From Eledone cirrhosa (taxonomy: Eukaryota), in assembly GCA_964016885.1 (NCBI GenBank), contig OZ024747.1, positions 54,932,001 to 54,996,000 on the forward strand: DNA of 64,000 nt, in the 5' to 3' direction. The notes below the pieces were generated by a model that ran no database searches, was not told the DNA's origin, and saw only the letters and a list, made by a program, of their open reading frames with translations. Below are positions 1 through 13,500 of this stretch, piece by piece (positions within the stretch are counted from its first letter, which is position 1; each line of letters opens with the position of its first letter). The translations under genes were made by a program, and so were the position numbers.

Positions 1-896
1 ACCTTGGTCAAACTTGTACGGCATTATTGCGGCTGGTGCACAAATTGTAACATTGACTGACAGAATAACAATGCCACCTTAAGAGACATTGAAAAGATAA
101 ATGTGTTTTGTCACTGAATCAGTTGAAGAAGCAGCAAAAAATATATGCCTGTGTACGTTGACGTATTTAATCAGCGGAGATTCTGTCCAGGAGATTGTTG
201 AACACAAACCCAATCTAAAATATTTTAATTCACTTTCTTATAAGCATCGCCTGGCATCTTTAGTCATGGCTTATAGAAATGGGATGGGTTGTTGTTGATA
301 TTATAGACGTTGTTCTTGGTGCGGCTCCTGTTGTTAATTTTGCACGTGTTATTTTTGCTGTTTTTGATGATTTTGTACTTGGTGTTGCTACTATTGTTGT
401 TTGGTGTTGTTATTTAGGCTTACGTTACTCCCCACCCTTCATTGGCCTTACTCTTCATTAAGGCACTGTAGCTATGAGAATTTGTTCTTTATATGGAGCT
501 CTAGGACTATAATTTCTTAAATGAACATGTCTGTCATGATGGTAGACTATGATTTGAAGGAAATTTAGCTGTTATTTCAAAACAACCAGCTGAATACATA
601 AAATATACTCTGATCTACTTAGGTATACCATTTTTGTTGCTATTACTTTTTATCCGACAAACATCCTTAACTGGGCAGTCTTATTGGCATAATGTTGCAT
701 ACCAGTAATAAGCCGGCGCTTGTTTATGGGATTGCATATCTAGTACAAAGGTTTGTTTTCTCTTTTAAAAAAGTAAGATAAGGAGCAATTTGAAATTAAT
801 TTAGCTGCTATTTCCACCAAGCTGAACCAGAATGTACACCGCCGGATTTTGGGCAGGAGTGACTGGACAATTCTGATGTATAATGTAGATATCTAT

Positions 897-1234
897 GGCT
901 CCATTCGGTCACGAATGACCATGGTTTTGCACCTAGAGTGTTTCCTTCCGAGACATAAGCCTGGGCAAGGTTTGTTTTTGTGGAAAACCAGTAGACGCCC
1001 ATGCATGCCAGTCCACCCTTTCCACACCACCGACCGATGTTGTCCAAGAGAAACGCAATGACCAATACAGCTTGGTACCTGTGACGTCGCAGCTCATTTC
1101 TACAGATGAGTAAACTGGAGCAACGGGAAATAAAGCGTCTTGCTCAAGGAGACATCGCGTCACCCGATCCGAGAATCAAACTCACAACCTCTCAATTGCG
1201 AGCCCAATGCTCTAGCCACTAAGCCATGTGCCTT
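897..1234 (-). mobile_element. tRNA-derived CORE-type SINE (octopus OR-like)
   Basis: Minus strand starts with a tRNA-like head (GGCACATGGCTTAGTGGCTAGAGC...GAGTTTGATTCTC). A CORE-like block follows (plus strand GAGCAACGGGAAATAAAGCGTCTTGCTCAAGG). Homologous copy at 35209-35470. Confidence 0.75.
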
Positions 1235-1768
1235 CTGTAGCTACAAATTCAGAAATTGTTGATTGCCTTTTATGTATTTTATAAGGTCGTAAGAAAGAAG
1301 GCTGACACGATCATATGAATTACAAATACTTCAATATATATCATGCTGGTTTTTCTGTCTCATCTCAGATTGTATGATACTGGTTTCTTGGATAGTATTC
1401 CTATAACGATTCCATTCACATGTGTTACCAGAGTCTATCTATTAACAGGATATTGTCGAACTGGGAGGAACATCCAAACTACAGAGATAGTACGACGATT
1501 GGCCCTGCTTAAAATTACGCAGAAAAGATACAAACGAGAGTGTGTGGACCACTGGTAGCCAGTTCAACCTTACCATGAGCCAAATTAGAAATCTTTTGTA
1601 GAAGAAGTTAGTTTTATGACACTTTGAGTTACAACACATTTTTTTCCTCCAGCTGAGTAAAATGGAGTGGTACGAAATATAGAGTATGGCGCAAGGAAGT
1701 GGCCCTTTCTCAATAAAGTAAATTATAAAGAAACCTTCGCCGCATATAAATGTATATGTGTATGTATG

Positions 1769-1868
<100 letters not shown>

Positions 1869-1950
1869 AATATATATATATACATATACATATACATATA
1901 CATATATATTATTTAGCAAGATTATTGGCAACATGACCCTCCCAAAGTAT

Positions 1951-2053
<103 letters not shown>

Positions 2054-2067
2054 CATACATATATACG

Positions 2068-2105
<38 letters not shown>

Positions 2106-2380
2106 TGGATATATATATATGTTAGTGTATGTGTGCGTGTGTATGTATATATATATATATTATGCCAGGTCACCATCGAGTACTAATGGTAACATGTAAC
2201 CCAGTACAACCTCTCTCGTGGTCAGGTAGTCAGCGACTGAGCCACCAATCCCACCAAGCTAGTTTGGTGAGATGGGTGATATTTGGTCACCCTGCAGAAT
2301 GAAATACAAAACCCGGCAAATGGCAGAGGAGCTCAGCAGAGACAACAGCCTACCAAACAGTAATTTTTTTTTTGTTTTTA

Positions 2381-2660
2381 TTTTTCACCTGGGAGTGAAA
2401 GGGTCCCAGTTGTCGCAAAACAATTCGAAGAGAGGGAAACTCTGAAAAAAACCATGCGGATTCGGAAAAATCGGATGATGTTGACCAGTTTTCTTTTTCG
2501 GGTAGTGTTTTCGATGCACAGAGAGGGGGATTGGTCGAGTGCAATGCCTTCCCACCACTTAATAAACCTTCAAAGCAAAGACATTGCATGTTCATTATAT
2601 GTTACAGGTTCGTGTGGCTGGCCATAGCCTAAAAGTGCACCAGATTTTATAATCTGGCAA
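2381..2660. repeat. Unclassified dispersed repeat (~290 bp), copy 1
   Basis: Aligns by eye along its length with 6890-7185 (CTGGGAGTGAAAGG..CCCAGTTGT...GGAAACTCTGAAAA...GTAGTGTTTTCGATGC...GTGCACCA). Confidence 0.75.
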
Positions 2661-2696
2661 ATGATTGCAATACTCTTAGACGAGTTTGTAGCCATC

Positions 2697-2760
<64 letters not shown>

Positions 2761-3148
2761 ATATATATGTTTGTGTATGTGTGAGCGTGGATGCGCGCGC
2801 GTGTGTGTGTGTCTCTGGGGGTAGACATCAATTAACTCAACTTCCTTTTATTGAAATTCATTATATTACCCTATTGTTTGGAAACTAGAGATATACGGTA
2901 TATTTTTATTCCTTTCCTTCAAAGTCCAAAGTAAGGACATTTTAAAATGGAACAGTCTTATCGAAAATTCTAGGAAAATGAGAAAATCTGTTGGATCAAA
3001 AGAGATTAATGCATTCAATTTTCTTCCCAACATCATTTGTATAGCTAGCGACAAGGAAAACAATGACAGACCTCCATTCAAATCGATGACCTTCTATGTG
3101 TGTTCATACATACATGCATACAAATCATATATATATATATATACATGC

Positions 3149-3188
<40 letters not shown>

Positions 3189-3200
3189 ATATATATATAC

Positions 3201-3282
<82 letters not shown>

Positions 3283-3456
3283 GACCTATGAATGCCCTGA
3301 AAATTGGAAAAAATACTGTCTGTATATGTTTATTGATTTCATGATATATGTAAGTACGTATGTTTATACACACACACATATATATATATATATGCTTATA
3401 TATACATGCATGTATGTGTACCTATATATCCACACACGCACACACACACACGCACA

Positions 3457-3523
<67 letters not shown>

Positions 3524-4716
3524 TTATATCTATGTATTTATTTCTATCCACGCTTTAACTCGTACTAACACAGGAAAAGTAATCTCTCACACGTGTAGAG
3601 ACCTATACGTATATAGACACTCAGAGCGACTCATACATATATACATTCATACGTATATAGAAACATACATACATATATACATACATACATACACACACAC
3701 ACATATACACATATATATATGTATATAGATATATACACACACATATATCTATATCTATATATACACATACATATCGAATAAAATCCGAGTGTCAGATGAT
3801 AGATTAAAACTGCATCGATCCATTCCCTTGGGTAAAATGAACTTAGTAATACTTTATTGATCAGCTCTGCATGTGTTTGTAGCCGAGACCCAATCAATAT
3901 TGGAACATTTATCTAAACTTATGTTGAAGTCTATTGCTATTTTGCTCCGGCTGCAACTCAATTAGAAAAATGTTTAGTTGGCATATTTTTACTTTGCTTT
4001 GTACCTATGAGAATGAGGGTGAGACAGTTGGTTTCAGTTGGCTTATGGGTATGTTGTAGTATAGGGTAGATGGTGGTATGGTCTGGGTATCGCACTTGTG
4101 TGTGTGCCTGTGTGTGTGTGTGGGTGTGTGTGTGTGTGTGTGTGTGTGTCTTTTTGGGCCTGTGTGTACATGCGTGTGGAAGCGTGTATGGAAATAATCA
4201 TGTGCACGCGCAAACTTATGTGTGTGTGTGTGCGTATGTGTGTGTGTGTATGTGTGTGTGTGTGTGTACGCATAGGTTTGTGGGCCTATGTGTACATGTA
4301 TGTGTGAGCATCTATAGAAATATTCATGCGAGGGTACATACGTGTATGTGTGCTTCTATTTGTAGAGTTGATTTGACCGTATAGATAATGTAATGGTTTA
4401 ACACCTATATCATATATGAAGGTAAATGTAATTATAGACTCAAAGATCATTTTCACATATATATATATGTGTGGTGGTGATGGTTTGGAGTATGTGTGTA
4501 TGTGTGTGTGTGTGTGTCTCTGTGTGTGAGTGTGACACTGTTTGTGTGTGTGTGTGATAATAAATCTAAATAATCAAGTGATAACCACATTGTGCTACAT
4601 TTACTTTTGAAATGATAATTGTTGCTTTCTCTCCACGCGCCTCACACAGTGTTCTGGTGAGCACTAGAAAAACAATTATCCACATTTATCTATCAGTCTA
4701 TCTGTCTATCTGACAG

Positions 4717-4816
<100 letters not shown>

Positions 4817-4860
4817 TCTCTCTCTATCTTTATTTATAAACACATACATATATATATTCA

Positions 4861-5325
4861 ATCATATCTTATTTTGATTGACCCGTTTAGCTTGTTCGCT
4901 TTTTTGGCTTAGGTGCTTAATGGCTTCTTAGCCATCGTCTCAGTTTTGTATGACCTTTTAAACTCAGTTTTATAGCTCTGGTATCTTTATATCCACTGAG
5001 CGCTTGTCAACACAATTCGGAAGTTGCGTTTCGCTAATTTCTACCCGCCGAAATGCGATTCTAGCTCAATTTATAATTATATATATACATATATATATAT
5101 ATATAAATCACATTTTTCAATCACATTTTTTTATTTGTTTGACCCGAATTACTTGGTCGTTTCTATGGCTGTGCGGATAATGGTTTAACCATCGTCTCAG
5201 TGTGTTTGGCCTTTTAACGTATGTTGTAGCTCTGGTTCGTTAGAATTATTGAGCGCTGGCCACACATCTCGGAAGTTGTTTTTCGCTAATTTCCAAAGCC
5301 GAAATACGATTCTCGCTAATTTATA
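4861..5325. repeat. Two diverged tandem copies of a ~200-bp TA-flanked repeat
   Basis: 4861-5072 and 5118-5325 share TTGACCCG...CCATCGTCTCAG...TAGCTCTGGT...GAGCGCT...GGAAGTTG...TTCGCTAATTT...GCCGAAAT. Third copy at 23284-23500. Confidence 0.8.
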
Positions 5326-5326
5326 T

Positions 5327-5366
<40 letters not shown>

Positions 5367-5369
<3 letters not shown>

Positions 5370-5485
5370 TTCCATCGAAGGAAACAGTTCTAGTCCTGTA
5401 GGAGCCATTTCTATGTTAAACATTATATACTCTACTATGTATTAATTACCTTCATTACTGTGGTTAACCCCGATTGAACCCGACG
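5367..5485 (+). mobile_element. PLE-like terminal fragment with 3' half of a hammerhead
   Basis: GAAACAGTTCTAGTCCTGTAG matches stem III and the cleavage site of the intact HHR at 10860-10910. The tail matches 11150-11240 in reverse. Confidence 0.6.
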
Positions 5486-5547
5486 CACACACACACACAC
5501 ACACGTACACACGCACATACACACACACGCGCGCACACGCGCACGCG

Positions 5548-5598
<51 letters not shown>

Positions 5599-5708
5599 GT
5601 GTGTGTGTTTGTGTATATATATATATATATATATATATAGAAAGAGAGATAGCGATAGATAGATAGAGAGAGAGAGAGAAAGAGAGAGAGAGAAAGATAG
5701 AGAGATAG

Positions 5709-5779
<71 letters not shown>

Positions 5780-5829
5780 AATTTGTTATGTCAGCATTCA
5801 TTTATCTCAATGCAATATCAAATGCTTGC

Positions 5830-6380
5830 GCTACACTGTTCCGATTTTGAGGAAGTTGATGACTACATGTTGCTTGATAGGTCCGTGAACATAAAACATG
5901 TGGTAGACACCAGGATAGGCGAGGCAAGATGGGTGCTCTCAACTGCCCGTCAGAGTAAAGTTCGGAAATGAGGTTATTCAAAGCAACAGTTGAGTCCATT
6001 CTCTCCTACGGATGCATGGAGTCTGAAGAAGCACTGACATAAACGTTTAATAGCACATTCATGTGAATGCAGAGAAACGTCTACAACATATTCTGGAAAA
6101 CATGCGTAGCAAATACATTGCTCTGCGATTCACAACTTCAGATTTCTGACACCATAAGACGTGGGAGGTTTGCATTAGACGGATGACATGTGAAACGTCA
6201 CATGGTGATAGAGTTATTTTCTGGAGATCTAATGTGAGTAGAGGAGTTTGGGAGACCAAACATCACACTAAAGGATGTTCTTGAAGATGACACGAGGCTG
6301 GAGGCAAGGGATATTTAGAAAGTAATGGTAGACAGTGTGAGCTGGAGGAGGAACTTCATGGGATCCGTAAGAGCTGTATA
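5830..6380 (+). pseudogene. Degraded RTE-clade LINE, RT C-terminal region
   Basis: Translated pieces EEVDDY..DTRIGEARW, LFKATVESILSYG, RNVYNIFWK and GRPNITLKDVLEDDT resemble RTE ORF ends. Stops and frameshifts present. Confidence 0.7.
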
Positions 6381-6889
6381 GAAGAATAAGAATAAGGAAA
6401 AGAGCTGGTCTACAGAACGGGAAAAAAGAACAATATTGGCACAGGTTATTAAAGAAGAATAAGAAAAGTAGCTGATCTAAAAACCGCAGAAAGGGAACAT
6501 TTCCACAGGTTGTTGCTGTGCTGATACTGCCGGGTGCCACTATAATTAAAACTAATTAAAAAATTGAAATAAAATGATTGCCCAAGCACGTAAGGCATTG
6601 CCCGGTCCAGGTATCGACGACACGGAGAGAAAGAGAGGGGTAGATACATAGACATAGGGAAAGAGAAGGAGCGAGGACATTGAGAGAGAGATGGGAGAGA
6701 GATGAGCGAGAGAGGAAGAGGGAGGGGGATATAAAAAGGGGCGAGAGTAAAAGAGAGATACGTTTTTGTTTTTAGTTTTTAGTCTATTCGTTAGATGTAT
6801 GTAAATATGAATGTATGTATGTATATATGTATGCATGTAAGTACGTAAGTAAATACGTACGTATGTATGCATGTAAGTGCTTTTCTTTT

Positions 6890-7185
6890 TTTTTTCAGCT
6901 GGGAGTGAAAGGCCCCAGTTGTTTTAACAACACCTTCCTAAAAGTGGGAAACTCTGAAAAAGAAAAAAGCCTGCGGCTTCGGAAGCATCCGATGATGATG
7001 ACCAGTTCTCCTTTTGGGGTAGTGTTTTCGATGCTGAGAGAATGGGTTTGGTCGAATGCAAGGCTTTTCCCCCACATAAAAAAGCCTTTAAATCACTGAC
7101 ATTGCTTATTCAGGATATGATACAGGTTCTCGTCGATGGCCGTAGCATAAAGGTGCACCATATTCTGTAATCTGAGTTTGCAGCC
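6890..7185. repeat. Unclassified dispersed repeat (~290 bp), copy 2
   Basis: Homologous to 2381-2660. Confidence 0.75.
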
Positions 7186-8047
7186 ATCATGTAAGTATGT
7201 GTGTATGTATTATATATGTATATTCGTACGGATGTTTGTACGTATGTATATATGTAAGTACGTATGTATGTATGCATGCTTGTAAGTAGATAAATATGTA
7301 TGTACATATGTATGTTCACATGTTTGTTCGTAAGAAGGTATGCACTACGGTAGATAAATGTATAAATAGGTAATTACCTAGGTGTGTGTGGAGGTTTGAG
7401 TACATATGTCTGGTCACCAGAAAACAGTATTTACTGAAAATTTAATTAATCAGTTAATCATATAACTCCAAAATATTTATAACAACAATCATATATAATC
7501 ATACATCCCCGAATAGCCTCACATATCTATCATTCTATCGCTCTATCTCTCTATCACTCCCCCTCTCTCTCTAACTATATATATATATATAATATACACA
7601 CACACACACACACACATACACACACACACACACACACAGATATATATATATATATATGTTTACACACACACACATATATATATGTATGTATATATACATG
7701 ATATTATATATATGTGTGTATAATGCATGTATATATATATATATATATTATTTTGAGTAATATACATTGCATTAATGATGATGAGCTTTACAAATTATCG
7801 TCTAATTTCGTTGATTGATTTATTCATTAATTACTCGTGTAATATATTTAGGTTACGGGGGTCACCTTTGCCTACAAGCTCTTTGGCATCCTTACAACAT
7901 GGCGTCGGATAAAATCCTTACCTGCTGCTGCTGATTATTTTTTAATGTATGTTATATTGTTTAATGTACCATGCTTTTTTAACACCACCAAACCCTGATG
8001 TGTATATATATATATTCATATAAGTATATTTGATTATATAGAGACAC

Positions 8048-8090
<43 letters not shown>

Positions 8091-8136
8091 GGGGTGTCTG
8101 TATATATTCAAATATACTTATATATATTTATATCTA

Positions 8137-8206
<70 letters not shown>

Positions 8207-8573
8207 AGTAGTAGCGGCGACGATGATCGAAGCACTCAATGCTGTTACTCTGTGCCAGTCTCTCGTTAGGATGTGTTCCATATTAAAGGCGGCTGTAGTT
8301 TGAAGGACGTATGTAAAGTGAGAATAAGAATTGTAGCTTTTTGTAAACTTTATTACATATTACAATTTGTGTTGATCAGCTCCGGTTCGATCACGTGATC
8401 GGATCCCGACTCTTAAGCGACACATGTTCAGATATGAGAGTTTACATTGCTGATCCTATCCAAACTGTTGACTTACGTCCCGTGTTCGTTTTATATAAAT
8501 GTTATTGGGTTATCTGGTTTGGTGGGAGACGGTAGTGGGTAGATGTTGAGTAGAGATTTTCAAAACAATCACA

Positions 8574-8720
8574 GAGGATCGTAAAGAAGTGTAATTGGGA
8601 GGGGCATGCAATTTTCTTGGGTGAGGATCGTAAAGAAGTGTAATTGGGAGGGGCATGCGATTTTCTTGGGTGAGGATCGTAAAGAAGTGTAATTGGGAGG
8701 GGCATACGATTTTCTTGGGT
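8574..8720. repeat. 49-bp minisatellite x3
   Basis: GAGGATCGTAAAGAAGTGTAATTGGGAGGGGCATGCRATTTTCTTGGGT at 8574, 8623 and 8672. Confidence 0.95.
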
Positions 8721-8861
8721 AGAAAGAAAGGGAAAAAAAGAGAAGTAGCTGGTAAGTGGTCAGAAGGAATTCGAAGTTGTGGCCAGTGAAATGATGACAA
8801 GAATGACAGGTAGTGCCATATTGCTATGACGGCTAATGGTTAGCATATAAGTGAGAAGAAG

Positions 8862-8935
8862 TGATGATGATGATGATGATGATGTTGATGAAGAAGAAGA
8901 AGAAGAAGAAGAAGAAGAAGAAGAAGAAGAAGAAG

Positions 8936-8970
<35 letters not shown>

Positions 8971-9035
8971 GAAGAAGAAGAAGAAGAAGAAGAAGAAGAA
9001 GAAGAAGAAGAAGAAGAAGAAGAAGAAGAAGAAGA
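8862..9035. repeat. Compound (GAT)n/(GAA)n/(CAA)n microsatellite
   Basis: Directly visible. Confidence 0.95.
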
Positions 9036-9282
9036 GGTGGTGGTTGAGCTATTCACAGTGAATATGATTGTGATGATGAAGATGGTAGTAGTTATGATGA
9101 TTGTGATGGTAAAGTAGAAGATGAAGAGGAAGATGGTGAAGGTAGAGATGGTAAGATTGAAGGTGAATAGCAGGGATGAATCATTGGTTAAGTTTTGGTG
9201 TTTTGGGAATGGAGCTGTTTTGAAGTTAGAAGAGATAAGATGAAAGAGAATAAGGACAAAATGAATAAAATTAATTTAATTG

Positions 9283-9460
9283 TTTCTACTATTGTCACGA
9301 GGCCAGCAATTACCCAGTACATTACTGGTACTTTATTTTATCGAACCCGTAAGGATGAAAGGCAAAGTTAAACTCGGCGGGATTTGAACTCCGAATGGGA
9401 AGGGTCGTAACTAAATGCGTCAAAGAATGGCGTCCGACACTCTACCGATACTGCCAAATC
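9283..9460 (-). mobile_element. Nin-domain tRNA SINE
   Basis: Reverse complement contains B-box GAGTTCAAATCCCGCC followed by ACTTTGCCTTTCATCCTTACGGGTTCGATAAAATAAAGTACCAG. Matches 11641-11852 and 27925-28098. Confidence 0.8.
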
Positions 9461-9614
9461 AATATAATGAAATAAAATAAGGTGAAATCGAGTGAGATAC
9501 ACGGAAATACATGTATTAATGAATGAAGCGAATATATGAAATGACATGGATTGAAGCAATATTACTTGGTTGCGATAGTCCCTCATTTGTTGGATTGGTA
9601 TTTCTGAATGATAG

Positions 9615-9930
9615 AGCCGAGAATTCAGGTTCACTGGGATTTTAAATTTGGTGATATCCACGGTGTCGGCAACACAAATCCGGCACTTATTCTGGGCCGG
9701 AGCTTTAAAGGTTTTAAGGTGTTGCGGCGCTGCTCCGTGTTTAAACAAACTACAGTACAACCTGAATCCGGTTTGCAAATTTTTGAGTCTCCATACAAAT
9801 TCCGCCGGTCTGGTACACGATCGATTGTTCCTATCATTGAAGGTGCTCTTCTGATTCTAGTAACGGGCTTTGAATGTTGTGGATGTGGTCCCGATGTATG
9901 CGTGTCTGGAATTATGGGTTTTCCCCTCAC
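9615..9930 (-). pseudogene. Naiad-type PLE GIY-YIG endonuclease fragment
   Basis: Minus frame reads HAYIGTTSTTFKARY*NQKSTF...CTRPAEFVWRLK...KCRICVADT...LNSR, colinear with the 18198 ORF motifs (YVGCTATSFKARLYQH..AWQLR..CKLC..LNSK). One TAG stop. Confidence 0.75.
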
Positions 9931-9984
9931 ACAGCAGTATGTATATATAAATATACATACATGCACACATATATATATGCACGT

Positions 9985-10315
9985 ATCGGTTTACCGAACA
10001 TGCTCGGTTTGTAAACAAACAAACAGTCCGAATTACGCCGTACAGTGTTTAGGCAACCACGTCACCTTTTTGTTCAAAACTGACACAGGAACGATGTACT
10101 AGTTTCAAGCCCATTAACCATCGTCAGCATCGTACACCCTCCTGCCAGATGGCTGAACACCCGAAAGTATATACTTTCCTTATGCGTATTAACGGCTGAG
10201 CAGCCTAATTTGCATATCGAGTGAGCTCAGTCGGCAGGGCGCACCGAAAACGATAAATGGAATAGAATGAAACGAAATTTCATTTCTCACTCCCATACGG
10301 CACTTACTTAAATGT
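9985..10315 (-). mobile_element. Diverged solo monomer of the 467-bp hammerhead repeat family
   Basis: Shares colinear blocks with the 43928 unit: TGTAAACA, AGGAAC...ACTAGTTTC, AATTTGCATA, GCACCG..ACGATAAA, GAAACGAAATT..CTCACT. Confidence 0.65.
10091..10133 (-). ncRNA. Minimal type I hammerhead ribozyme
   Basis: Minus strand ACGATG-CTGACGA-TGGTTAATGGGCTT-GAAA-CTAG-TA^-CATCGT. Perfect 6-bp stem I, palindromic stem III, weak stem II. Confidence 0.8.
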
Positions 10316-10792
10316 AAGTATGTATGTATACGTACATACATATATGTATACAAACAAACACACCCAGCATTATAATAAATGTTCGGTAGTACTAAGTACT
10401 AGCCGGCTACCGGTATGACAAAAGGCTCAATGCAAATTATCAAGTGTTTTACAGAGAGCCGCGATACAAAGTGTTAAAACGATCAAATTTCAGTTTAGAA
10501 AATTTATTTGTTGACAATTGTTTCTTCTGGTGTATTTGTGATTAGTTTTAGGTTTTATATGGCAATTTTTACACACACATACACAGAGGCACGTATATAT
10601 ATATACATACATGCATCCCACCCACCTCTTCGTCTCTCTCTGTCAGAATAATACTACTTTTAAATGATCGAAACTAACTTTTGGAACGGCAACAGCTCAG
10701 CTTTCGGGGCCAAAGTCGTTATAATAAATATATATATATATACATATATACAAACACACACAGACACACACACAAACACACACACACACACA

Positions 10793-10847
<55 letters not shown>

Positions 10848-10859
10848 TTAATATAGATG

Positions 10860-10910
10860 AGATTCTACAGGACTAGAACTGTTTCATTCATTAGAAATCA
10901 TCAGGAATCT
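10860..10910 (-). ncRNA. Type I hammerhead ribozyme
   Basis: Minus strand AGATTC-CTGATGA-TTTCTAATGAAT-GAAA-CAG(TTCTAGTC)CTG-TA^-GAATCT. 6-bp stem I and 3-bp stem III. Confidence 0.8.
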
Positions 10911-10984
10911 GGGTATCAAAAAATAAATATGGTATTTATAGGTCTCTACAAGTGGTAGGAGAGGGTGGGGACAAATAAACATAC

Positions 10985-11145
<161 letters not shown>

Positions 11146-11149
11146 TACG

Positions 11150-11340
11150 TAGGTCCCGGGTTGAGTCGGGGATAACCACAGTAAGTAAGGTACTCAATAC
11201 ATGGCAGAGTAAACAATTTTTATTTTATAGAAGGAGCTTCTACAGGACTAGTACTGTTTCATTCAGATGAAATCTTCGAAGATTTCATCTGAATGAAACA
11301 GTACTAGTCCTGTAGAAGCTCCTTCTATAAAATAAAAATA
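11150..11340. mobile_element. PLE-like tail with fold-back centred on the hammerhead core
   Basis: Palindrome about 11218-11338 centred on AATCTTCGAAGATT. Arms carry GAAACAGTACTAGTCCTGTAGAA (same family as 10860 and 5367). Confidence 0.75.
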
Positions 11341-11351
11341 TATATATAAAA

Positions 11352-11431
<80 letters not shown>

Positions 11432-11640
11432 GGATTCATCGAAGCATACAAAGAAAATTGTTATCAAAATAAATCATTCATATATATCTGGAGACAAGAT
11501 ATTTCTACGACTTCAAAGATTATTTAGTCCAATATTCTTCCGTCTTTGCCAAATCTATAATTATCTTCCATTTTCCTCACTTTTTGTTTTTATTTGTTCG
11601 TATATATTTTCATTTAGTTAATCATTATTAATATTATTGT

Positions 11641-11852
11641 AAAGGGCGGTGAATTGGCAGTATCGGTAGGGGGTCGGACATGCTTTCTAGCATAGAGTTA
11701 CGTCCCTTTACGATCTGAGTTTAAATCCCGCCGAGGTTAACTTTGCCTTTCATCCTTACGGGGTCGCTAAAATAAACTACCAGTCACGCACTGGAGTCGA
11801 TTTAATCGACTTTCCCCTCCTCCATAATTGCTGGCCTTGTGTCTATATCAGA
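11641..11852 (+). mobile_element. Nin-domain tRNA SINE, near full length
   Basis: GGCGGTGAATTGGCAGTATCGGTAG head, GAGTTTAAATCCCGCC B-box, ACTTTGCCTTTCATCCTTACGGGGTCGCTAAAATAAACTACCAG body, (ATT)n tail. Confidence 0.8.
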
Positions 11853-12081
11853 AATTATTATTATTATTGTTGTTGTTATTGTTGTTGTTGTTATTATTAT
11901 TTGTTTTTGTTTTTTTATTGTTTCTCATTTAATCCCTTTTCTCGCCAATGCCAAATAATTTATGATTTGAAAACCAAATGTAATTCGAAACATAATCTTT
12001 TCAAATCTCTCGCTCTTCAATGTTCGTGAAATTCATATGTATGTATTTAACAATATGAATGTGGGTATGTATGTATGTATG

Positions 12082-12114
<33 letters not shown>

Positions 12115-12300
12115 GTATATGTATGTCTGCATATAATTTCACATGCATGTATGTAAGTATTATGTAGGTAATATGATGTTTGTTTGTATGTATACATGTC
12201 TATATGTATGTGTTAATTGATAGATGTTTGCATACATGAATATCGATTCGTATGTATTTTTGAAAGCATATACGTGTAATTTACGCACACCCACACGCAG

Positions 12301-12340
<40 letters not shown>

Positions 12341-12368
12341 TTATATATATATATATATATATATATGC

Positions 12369-12408
<40 letters not shown>

Positions 12409-12576
12409 ATATATATGTATATATATATGCATATATAAACATGTATATATATATATTATATATACATATACGGATGAAGAAGTGTATGCAAAAATGTTCA
12501 TATATATTTATGCAAGAATGCATTCGTCTATCTCTGCATAGCAGAAGGCATGAAGTATATATGTATCTATGGATGT

Positions 12577-12616
<40 letters not shown>

Positions 12617-12620
12617 ATGT

Positions 12621-12880
<260 letters not shown>

Positions 12881-13059
12881 GTATATGGGTGGATATATAT
12901 GCCTGCATGTGTGAATGCAAATTATTATGTATATGTAAATGTGTGCCTGTATGAACGTGTATGTATGCGTTTGTTCTTGTATATGTACATTCATATATCT
13001 CTGCTTGTTCGAATATTTTTCTTGTTTTCTTGATATTTTCCGATGAAATCCTTATAAGA

Positions 13060-13500
13060 CATAAGGAAATTCTTTCTCTCTATATTTATTTAAATACTTT
13101 TAAATTTTGCTTAAATGTTAGGATCATGAAAGATCCCACACCGAATTATATCGTTCATAAGTAGATTACATATCAGTATTGTTGTGTATTGTAAAGCTTT
13201 AAAGATTACATTTAAAATTTCTTGTCCTGCTCTTATAAATATGTTTCCTCATCTATGGATAATTAGATACCAAAATGTCACCAGGGAGAATTAACATCGT
13301 TTATCTGGATTTGTAAACTGAATTGTTGATATATGTTATCTTATATCACGTTGCAAATTAGTCTGAATACATTTGGGTTCGCAAGGAAAAGATAGAAATT
13401 TGTAATTTTGACAGAGATCTGTAATTATTCTTGATTATCCCAGGTTCCACATGAGTAGGAATGGAAGTTCCCGTTCAGAGAAGTTGTATTTCATAGGGAA
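13060..13500 (-). pseudogene. Highly degraded Penelope RT C-terminal/thumb remnant
   Basis: Minus-strand fragments MKYNFSERELPFL, ITDLCQN..FLSFPCEPKCIQTN and ISTIQFTNPDKR resemble the PLE consensus FTME...LPFLD..ITD.Y.K...YL.F.SCHP.H.K.NIP...I.TI. Many stops and frameshifts. Confidence 0.5.

Noticed and set aside
1160-1234. tRNA genes (also 11645-11735, 37636-37710)
   Set aside because: Degenerate tRNA-like heads continuous with SINE bodies; no intact cloverleaf.
1360-1558. Possible host exons (also 43476-43733 and 15339-15524)
   Set aside because: Short ORFs with no recognisable motif and no consistent splice pair. They cannot be supported without homology or RNA-seq data.
1645-1745. Degenerate hammerhead-like GTACGAAATATAGAGTATGG followed by AATAAA
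   Set aside because: The 5' core and stem II cannot be reconstructed; at best a decayed PLE tail.
8574-8720. Short regularly spaced repeats as a CRISPR array (also 29696-30101)
   Set aside because: Head-to-tail units with no unique spacers, in a eukaryotic context with no cas genes.
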